Under the pieces are notes generated by a model. The model did not search any database. It saw nothing but the letters and a program-made list of their open reading frames with translations, and was not told the origin of the DNA. This document shows, piece after piece, positions 54,750-64,000 of a stretch of DNA of 64,000 nucleotides; the first letter of the stretch is position 1; the number at the start of each line of letters is the position of its first letter. Position numbers and translations under genes: made by a program. The stretch comes from Octopus sinensis (lineage: Eukaryota), in NCBI RefSeq assembly GCF_006345805.1, contig NC_043005.1, positions 92,318,001-92,382,000 on the forward strand. Direction: 5' to 3'.

Positions 54750-54953
54750 ATGTTCGTTAGTTACTGCACGCATTTTTTTTCTCTCCTTCTTTCTGTGTTT
54801 TTTTCTCTCTGTGTATCTTTCTGTTGAAGAGCGTAGGCTCGAAACGTTAAAGACTTGTTTTATTTATATTTCCTGAGCGCCATACTAATACAATTGTTTG
54901 TTTGCTTTCCACCTGCCTTCGTCTTTTGTCTATTTTCATAAAGCTTCCCGTTA
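54750..54953 (+). mobile_element. Solo pLTR of the 42.4-kb Penelope-like family (HHR at 54816-54853)
   Basis: Near-identical to 49112-49313, including the same 5' junction. Confidence 0.7.
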
Positions 54954-54959
54954 ATATAC

Positions 54960-55009
<50 letters not shown>

Positions 55010-55102
55010 ATATATATATACATATATATATATATTATATATATATAATATATATAGATATATAATATAAATATACATATATATATATATACATATTATA
55101 TA

Positions 55103-55136
<34 letters not shown>

Positions 55137-55143
55137 TATATAA

Positions 55144-55180
<37 letters not shown>

Positions 55181-55364
55181 TATAATATATATATATATAT
55201 ATATACATACATATATATATACATACATATATATACATATATATACATATACATATATATACATACATACATATAATATACATATATTTACATATACATA
55301 TATAACATATATATACATATATATATATATCTATATATATATATATATTATATATACATATATA

Positions 55365-55412
<48 letters not shown>

Positions 55413-55432
55413 TATATACATATTATATATAC

Positions 55433-55465
<33 letters not shown>

Positions 55466-55466
55466 C

Positions 55467-55497
<31 letters not shown>

Positions 55498-55531
55498 CAT
55501 ATATATTATATATATACATATATATATATAT

Positions 55532-55563
<32 letters not shown>

Positions 55564-55642
55564 CCATATATATATATACATATATATATATATACATATA
55601 TATATATATTAAATATATATACTATACATATATATTATATAC

Positions 55643-55695
<53 letters not shown>

Positions 55696-55732
55696 ATATA
55701 CATATATATATATATATAATATAATATATTAC

Positions 55733-55794
<62 letters not shown>

Positions 55795-55829
55795 TACATA
55801 CATATATATATACATATATAAAGACCTAT

Positions 55830-58122
55830 ATTTTATTATTTTATTTATTTTATTTTATCTAGTTTCAGCTCACGAGCTGTGGCCATGCTGGGGCAACCGC
55901 CTTTGTGTTTTGCTACATAATTTTACTTCACGATGCTTTTTAGCAATTGCTATTTGGTGCATGAGAGAGTTCCATGCAGCTGCCCTCATCTGCACCTCCT
56001 GCCGTGAAGTTGGTTCATCTGGGACACCTGACAGGAAGAGATCCAGTTTTATTTTAAAGACATCTGCGTCCACCTCATGCAGGTCTCTCAGGTTCTTTGG
56101 GAGGATATTGAAGAGCTGTGGGCCTCAGAAGCCCAGGCTATCACAGTATCTTGTCCTACATCTTGATGGCAAATTTGGAGTCCTTGGCACTATGCAGTGG
56201 CGCCCAGTTCTAGCATTGTAACTCTCAATGCCAAAGTTTGGGACAAGTCTTTCTAGGATTTTCCAGATGTATATTATGGCATATCTTTCTTGCCTACGCT
56301 CTAAGGAATAGAGTATATATCTCTTGAGTCTTTCCCAGTAGCTTATATGCTGCACAGAGGCTATCTTCTTCGTGTAGCTTCGTTGGATCGCCTCAACTTC
56401 TGTGATTAACTTGACACTGGATGGTGACCATAGCTGAGAGCAATAGTCAAAGTGGCTTAGGATAAGTGTTCTCCAGAGGACCATCATGGTTTCCTGGTCT
56501 CTTGTTCTAAAGGTTCTAAGAATCCATCCGGTCAGCTGCCTACATTTCATTGCCAATTTAGCAACATGCACATGAAAGGTTGCACCACCACTCTTGTAAA
56601 TATCCAGGTCTCGCACTGATTGTGCCTCTGGGATTGCAATCCCTCCAGGTCCCGTGTATTCATTGGGTATTGCATTTAGTTTTGCATGCTGATAGCATAA
56701 AGCTAGAAACTTTTCAGCATTGAACTGCATGCTTTCTTTTTCAGCCCACTTTATTATTTGTCCAGCTCACATTGCAGGTGCATAGTGTCTTCAGGGTTCT
56801 GTATTGCCTGTGAAACTTTTGTATCATCTGCATAACTTGTGATCGTGGCTCTCTGCATGGCTGAGGGCATGTCTGAGAGGGCCATTATGAACAGTAGTGG
56901 TCCCACAACAGTGCCTTGCGGAACACCGCTCACTATTTGCGTGTTATTGGCTACTACCACCTGACTTCTATCTTTCAGAAAGTCATGAAGCCATTCTCCC
57001 AATTTTCCAACTATGCCAAGATCACGCAGTTTGTGACATATCATTCCATGATCAACTTTATCAAAGGCCTTTGCAAAGTCGAGATATATGACTTCCACAT
57101 TTGAGTGGTTGAGCAGTTGTTTCAGCACCCAGTCATAGTGTTGTAGGAGCTGAGTTAGGCAGCTTCTTCCTGGTCGGAAACCATGTTGGGTGTCAGGCAG
57201 CAAGTTATTTTCTTCAAGGAAGGCGATTAGTTTCCTTCTGACTATTCGTTCCATGACCTTGCTGATGTGTGAGGTCAGAGAGATAGGTCTGTAGTTCTTG
57301 GCCTCCGCTCTGCTACCTCCTTTATGAATAGGGCATATTTTACGTTCCTTCAGTTTTCTTGGAAGTTTGCCAGTTGCAAGGAAGCTCTGAAAGAGGAACT
57401 GCAGTGGTCTTGCTAGGACTCTCTTACATACTTTTAAGATTGCTGGGAATCCATCGGGGCCAGTAGCTGAGTTTGTTTTCATTTCATCTATAGCCTTTAT
57501 TACATCGTCTTCCTTTATATTGATGTAATCAATCATCGCTGCCTCTGATTTTATATCTGCAGTGGTAAAGAAGTCAGTTGGATTGCTGACTTGAAAATGC
57601 CCTAGGGGTGGAGTGAAAATACTCTTGAATTGTTTCATTTAGTATTTCACTTATCCTCATTGGATTTCCTGTGAGTGTGCCATCCTTTTCAAGGAGTGGC
57701 CCTATCCTACAGTGCACCGTAGCTGTTTCTTTGGCATACCAGTAGAAAGCTCTGGGATTAGATTTTATGTTGTCTATAGCCCAGGCTTCTTTGTCTGCTC
57801 TTTCTTTTTAATGGGAGAGTTGCAGACATTTTTCAATTTCCAAGAGTTTTATTTTCAGGCGGGACTTTTCACTGCTTTCAATTTGTTTGTTTAGGCGATT
57901 TGAAACTTTTGTACACGTCTCATTAGAATTTTCCTCTCTCTGGGGATTTTGTTCTTGTGTACAGTGGCCTTTTTCTCTGGGACACATTTGTAGCATATGG
58001 CTTGAATTACAGACATGAATTGTTGAAGTTTCATGTCGATGTCTGGTGAGGAGAGACATTCAGGCCAGTTTTGTTTCAGGATCTCTTTCTCAATTTGTTT
58101 CCAGTTTGCCTTATGGAAGTTC
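55830..58122 (-). mobile_element. CR1/L2-group LINE (RT domain and 3' end), truncated at an assembly gap
   Basis: ORF 56754-57638 (NYRPISLTS, QHGFR, YLDFAKAFD, GVPQG, YADD) and ORF 56125-56730; (TAAAA)-like tail. Confidence 0.92.
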
Positions 58123-58123
58123 A

Positions 58124-58223
58124 NNNNNNNNNNNNNNNNNNNNNNNNNNNNNNNNNNNNNNNNNNNNNNNNNNNNNNNNNNNNNNNNNNNNNNNNNNNNN
58201 NNNNNNNNNNNNNNNNNNNNNNN
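58124..58223. other. Assembly gap (100 N)
   Basis: N run. Confidence 1.
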
Positions 58224-58255
58224 ATATATATACATACATATATATATATACATAC

Positions 58256-58290
<35 letters not shown>

Positions 58291-58371
58291 CATATATATA
58301 CATACATATATATATATACATATATATACATACATATATACATACATACATACATACATATACATATATAG

Positions 58372-59210
58372 TGATACGAGGTCAGTTGAAGAAAAAGTGT
58401 TATGACCCAGTTTCTGCTGGTTGGTGCCAGAGGGACTGGCGAAACAAGTTATGGCGCTTTGTCCTGTCATCTGTAGCGAAAATTAATGAGTTAGGAAGTG
58501 ATATTTTGGTCTCTACGGCCAGGGAAAGTTTAAGAATAAAATTAAAATGCTAGCCTTTATAAATGCGGCGAGCTGGCGTTTGTTGGTCAGTTTTGGTGTG
58601 AGGGTCGATCAGAGTCAGTCAGCCAGACCGTGAGCAGAGCGTATAAGGGAGTGAGATGGAGATGACGGCGAGAAGGCAGCTGAAATTGTTGCAGACTCGG
58701 AACATGCGGTAATGTTTATGTTTTTGTTGTTGAATTTTGGATGTTGATGTGAAATGTAAAAGAAAAAAAGAAAAGAACTTGTGAGTTCTGTTAAAAAACA
58801 GAAAGACTGACTAAAAGGAAAAAAGAACATTGTGACAAACTGTAATCTATTGAAATGTAAAAAGAATTGTTGAAGAGAAGAGAAAGACTTTAATGTGGAC
58901 TGTTTTCGGACGTTGTGTATTGTACATGCATTGATTATTGTTTTTCTTTTTAACTCTGTACGATTTGTTATATGTTTCTCTTTAATGTATTACGTTTTGA
59001 TTCATGTTGTAACAATTGTATAAACTGTTGTTAAATGTAAGCAACTGCCTTCCGCTGTCTCTCTCTTCCTGTTGTTGTTGTCTCCGGTCACTGGCTTGCG
59101 TTCGCTGCCCACCCCTGCTTTCTGTGGTGGATTTCCGTTTGACTGAGCGTGGTCGTCATCGCTCAACTTAGGGTCCCGAGTTCGAGTTGAGCGACGGCAG
59201 GTTCGTAACA
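58372..59210. mobile_element. Possible solo LTR
   Basis: TG...CA termini with an imperfect inverted repeat (TGATACGA...TCGTAACA), TATAAA at about 58557, CpG-rich, flanked by TA-rich microsatellite. Confidence 0.45.
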
Positions 59211-60509
59211 ATATATATATACATACATATAGATATATACATACATATACATACATACATATACATACACATACATACATACATACACATACATACATAC
59301 ACATACATCACCGTGACCAACCAGGCTATCAGATGTTGCTACACAATGCGCTTTGCATTGTTTTAGCCTTCAAATTACGCCACCCCGCTGGATAAGCGAG
59401 CAGGCCAACAGAAGAAAGAGTGAGAGAAAGTTGTGGCGACAGAGTACAGCAGGGACCGCCACCACCCCTTGCCAGACCTTGTGGAGCTTTAGGTGTTTTC
59501 GCACAATAAACACTCACATTTTTGGCTATGGAGGATCTGATTCTGAAAAAAAAAATTGGTTTGTAAAATTTCAAATCACACACACACACCCTCGGGCCTT
59601 TTACTAGAATGCATACAGAAACAGACAAAACAACCGTTCATTTTCACATTTAGACAGTGGGATGGCTGGGGGGATTTAGGGTCAGAGTTTCTCATAGAAA
59701 ATTCGAAATTAAAATTTGAATTTGTGTTTATTTTTTCCATATTCTTAGTCTCCGTATTTTCCTGCATAGGTTGATGGGGAAAAAAAAAATTTCAAAAAAA
59801 GTTTTAAAAAGAAAGACCACTTTAATTTCACATGAATTACTTTGTCATATTACTGTGGGAAATTACTCTGAAAGAAATCTTTGCAGAAAGGTGAGTAGAT
59901 TGATTGCATTATGTTATCGCAGTTTTGTGAGAGTTGGCTGTTATTTCTAGCATGTGGATAGCCTGCTTGAAGGTATATATATATATACTCTTGTGTCTGG
60001 GGTGAGTCATTTTCTTTTTGTGCCTTATAATTTAACACACACACTGGTAAAATTACCACTTATTTTTATTTTCCTAAAATTTTCATTGCATCTTGCCACC
60101 TTATAAGTGGAAATTATGGATTAGATAGGATTCATTGGGGAAGATCTAAGGTTGGTACACTTAACATTGCCAACCCTCACCAATTTCCAAGCATGTTTTC
60201 TTAGACGACTGCAACAAACCACATTGATACTTGTTTATGAATAAGGAATGCTAGAATTAAGACACTACAGAACTCATTGCAAGGAAAAACATTTAATGAT
60301 TTAGAGGGAGTCAAAATGCATCTAGATAACTTTTTTTCACCAAAACCAGTCAAATTTTATGCTGATGGAATATTTAAATTGCCTGATAGATGGGCAAAGG
60401 TCATTAATAATAATGGAAGAATAAAATTTGAGATCATTTATATCCCCTTTTGACTATTAAAAAATGCTCAGAACTTTCCAGACAACCTAAAATATATATA
60501 TATATATAT

Positions 60510-61240
60510 TATCATTTAACATCTGCTTTCCATGCTAGCATGGGTTGGACAATTTGACTAAGGTCTGGTAATCCAGGCTCCAATCTGATCTGGCAGAGTT
60601 TCTACAGCTGGATGGCACGAGGGCCAGTTTGGTGGTACTGTCAACGGCAACGCACAAATGGTGCTTTTGATGTGCCACCTGCACAGGAGCCAGTCCAGCG
60701 ACACTGACAACGACCTTGCTCGGATGTTTTTTCATGCACCACCAGCACAAGTGCTAGTAAGGCGACGCAGGTAACGAACACACTCGAATAAATATATATT
60801 AATATATATTTACGCACACTATTACCTTTCCTTTTTGGGACACAAAACTCTACTTGTGAAGACCTTTGAGGCAAGTGAAAATCAAAATCGATCAGCATCA
60901 ATGGAAATTGTAGCTGTGATACCAGTGCCGGTGGCACATAAGAGAATCATCCGAACATGGCCATTGCCAGCGCTGCCCCGATTGTCCTCCATGTTGGCGG
61001 CATGTAAAAAGCACCATCCGATCGTGGACGTTTGCCAGCCTCGTCTGGCACCTGTGCCGGTGGCACGTAAAAAGCACCCACTACACTCACAGAGTGGTTG
61101 GCGTTAGGAAGGGCATCCAGCCATAGAAACATTGCCAGATCAGACTGGGCCTGGTGCAGCCTTCTGGTTTCCCAGATCCCAGTTGAACCGTCCAACCCAT
61201 GCCAGCATGGAAAGCGGACGCTAAACGATGAAGATGATGA
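60510..61240. mobile_element. Two oppositely oriented RTE 3'UTR fragments; similar short tails at 8036-8162, 14585-14762, 18735-18965 and 24408-24642
   Basis: Shared tail ccaacccatgctagcatggaaagc...aaacgatgatg. Confidence 0.8.
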
Positions 61241-61959
61241 CTATAGAAAAAACAAAAAAAAACACTACTAATCCAAACAGCTAGTAATATAGCAACAAAA
61301 TTGAAAATGCAAAGAATATACACATTTTCAACTTAATTCTTCTGTACAGGCACTTGATATTTTATATTACATTCCAACTATTCACTTTCATGTCAACAGC
61401 CACATTCTAATTTATGTCCCTAAAAATAGTTCAAGAAGCTCATTCCATTTCTTTTATTAAGATTCCATGTAGCCTTTTCCAGTGTGTACTTGTGAATTTG
61501 ATTTATGTCCAAGTCTCTTTTCCATCCTAAAATGGGTTGAATATAATCCAAGTTTTACAGGTGGATGCCCATTGTCACTAAACCTTACCTGGTTTATATA
61601 TTTTTTTTCTTTGTTTTACTCTACTTGTCTCTGAAAACAGCAAGAGAACAATCCATAGACACTTTTTGTCTTTAGCTCAATGCTTTCATTGAGAGGACAG
61701 AGGACAAACATTCAGATGCATGTATACAATCTTATACATGCAAACACACAACATGCACACCTAAGCTTCTATACAGTTTCCGCCTCACAATTTTACTCAA
61801 GTCACTGGTCAGCAGATGCTACAGCAGAAGACACTTGCCCAAGGCACCACACACTGAAAATAGTACTCAAGATCACTTGGTAACAAAGCAAACTCCACAT
61901 CGATGCAGGCGTACCAGTACAAATGTGAACTTCATATGAATAATAAATGTGATAGAATA

Positions 61960-61988
61960 ACAACACATATCAATAATAAAAATTTATT
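61960..61988 (-). terminator. Candidate polyadenylation signal of the LAMP gene (3'UTR about 1.75 kb)
   Basis: AATAAA at 61988-61983 on the minus strand followed by U/GU-rich sequence; other AATAAA hexamers exist nearer the stop codon. Confidence 0.35.
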
Positions 61989-63733
61989 AACAAAATAGAG
62001 GCATATACTTTTCACTTTCTATACATCTTATCCTGCTCACTTCAAATTAGTTGGAGAGTAGAGAAGGAATATTGTGGCCTGAAACTGGGATGTGGATTAT
62101 TAAAAAGATCTATAAATAGAACCTAGCTAAGTTTTGTAAATTTATATAAAGATTAAATTTCAATATTAATAGAGAAATCTGACTTCAAAAATACAATTTT
62201 ACCCCACCCGAGATACATCTTAAGTTTAATATATGGAGATATAAAAAAAATAAAAAATAAATTCCTTTATGTTATAGAAGAACCTAAGGCATTATTGAGA
62301 GGGAATTATTAGTTGCAAACAAAATTAGAAAAAAAATATCTAGGGAAATAAATATTACTGAATAAAATTTTGGAAAAGCAAAATTTCCCTTTTTGATAAG
62401 TATCAAAACTGATATTAAAAGACAAAAAAATAACTCAAACTTGTGTTACATGTCTCCACACACACACACACACACAACCCTAATTTAAAACATTATGCCC
62501 AGCTTAAGAAATTGATTGGGCTGGTGTTTTCAAGAACTGAAAGTGAAATCTCTCTCTCTCACCAACACATACACACTGCAAGCGTAATGCACACATGCAC
62601 TGACAAACTGTTGAACTAAAATTTTTTTTTAGCTACATTGGTAATTTCAAGGAGACTAAAAAGAAGTTTTAGAAAATTTAATATTAGATTAGCCATATTC
62701 AGAAATGGAATTTCTATCAGGCAATAGTCACTGCTAGAGAATTTTTCTCTTGAGAGAAAAATGTTGGAAGAGAATAAATTTAAGCAAGAATGAACCAAAT
62801 TTAAATAAGAACATACATATTAGTTTTACTGTTTGTACATACTAGCTCAGACAAGTGTTCAATGTAATTGTCTCCTGTTCATTTCATTTAACCTTGCTCT
62901 ACCAGTGCTTGTGTTATTACCTATTTGGTGAACTACAGTTATAAAGGTTATCAGATCCAACCCTAAATATTATGTCAACAGAGAACTAAAGGGTAAAAAT
63001 GAGAACATTTTGAAACAATGGATCACTAAATAAGCATCTAATCCAAATTGGTGTTTTGACAATAACTGCACCATATAACTACCTTGAAAAATAAAATAAA
63101 GATGCAACAATGCTTTCTACAACGAAAAACAAGTCGTGAAGCCAAAGTGCAGAATTCAAAATCTGAGTTTGCTTTTTCTCTCAAGATGTTCTAAAACAAT
63201 CTTCTACAACAATATTTATTTCAATAATTGTATGATTAAAAAAAAAAAAAAAATCTTTAAATGGAAAAAGCCAAAAGTCAGATAACCATAAATCAGACAA
63301 AAAAAATCCAAGACTGAATATAATCTATTAAGGGTAAAGACTTTTCTAGTGTGCGTCAAACTGCTGAAATAGGTAAGAGGAGAAAAGTTAATAAATAAGT
63401 AAAATTTGAAACTAGGAAGAAATCAAAAATCCTATTAGAAGAAACAGGTTGTAATCAGTTTTACTGAAACTAGGATATATTCTGTATTATTCATATCTAC
63501 CTTAAAAGAAAATGTTTTCTTAGAAAACAAGAGTGTCAAGATTGGGAAGTACAAAAGTTGCTTACATATAATATATATACACACATCCACCCACACACAT
63601 ATGTATAAAGATATATACATACATATACACATATATACAAATGTGTATGTATATACGTACACATATGCAAATGGATACATACACACACTTCCATCACAAA
63701 TGCACGTGCACACAAACTCATACACATTACTTT

Positions 63734-63876
63734 TTAAACGGATTCATAGCCTCTCCTGCTTCGTTTTCTACCAATTAGATAGGCAATTAGGACAGTGATT
63801 ACTAAACCAGCCAAGGCAGCTCCCACAGCAATAGGAACAATGCTGCTTGTCTTCATATCTTCAACGCAAATGTGTC
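63734..63876 (-). CDS. LAMP1: LAMP-family lysosome-associated membrane glycoprotein, last coding exon: HICVEDMKTSSIVPIAVGAALAGLVITVLIAYLIGRKRSRRGYESV*
   Basis: CxxD, then the IVPIAVGAALAGL...LIAYLIGRKRS transmembrane segment and a C-terminal GYxx-hydrophobic lysosomal sorting motif; pyrimidine tract plus AG acceptor, phase 1; TAA at 63736-63734. Confidence 0.93.
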
Positions 63877-64000
63877 CTGAAAAAGAAAAATATCAATAGC
63901 CGGCATTACAAACTATTTGTTTTCAGGTAATTAATAGAGACAAACTTCAATCATAGTGATAAAGTTTGTACAGGAAGTTGGTCAAAAAAGAAAACAAAAA

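Noticed and set aside
59881-59896. Strong AAG/GTGAGT donor on the + strand
   Set aside because: No supporting exon or downstream acceptor, and the surrounding sequence is repeat-derived.

Overview
AT-rich, repeat-dense eukaryotic genomic DNA. The repeat landscape (RTE LINEs with (GAT)n tails, tRNA-derived SINEs, very long (TA)n arrays) suggests an octopus or other coleoid cephalopod; this is inference. Two spliced host genes lie on the minus strand. One is a TspanC8-type tetraspanin with five coding exons between 19159 and 1064, a probable non-coding first exon near 32 kb, and a last exon apparently outside the window. The other is the terminal exon of a LAMP-family lysosomal membrane protein (63876-63734, ending GYESV*). 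The rest is mostly mobile DNA: RTE and CR1/L2-like LINEs, SINEs, a full-length decayed mariner, Helitrons, a Penelope-like GIY-YIG fragment and a possible solo LTR. The most unusual signal is about 17 type I hammerhead ribozyme (HHR) motifs, found by eye in several sequence families of short non-coding elements that mostly abut (TA)n tracts. Three of these elements are head-to-tail tandem monomers (about 363, 508 and 570 nt) with one HHR per monomer, resembling retrozymes. In the 570-nt array the 5' end of the insertion falls 3 nt from the predicted self-cleavage site. All coordinates were read manually and no database searches were run.
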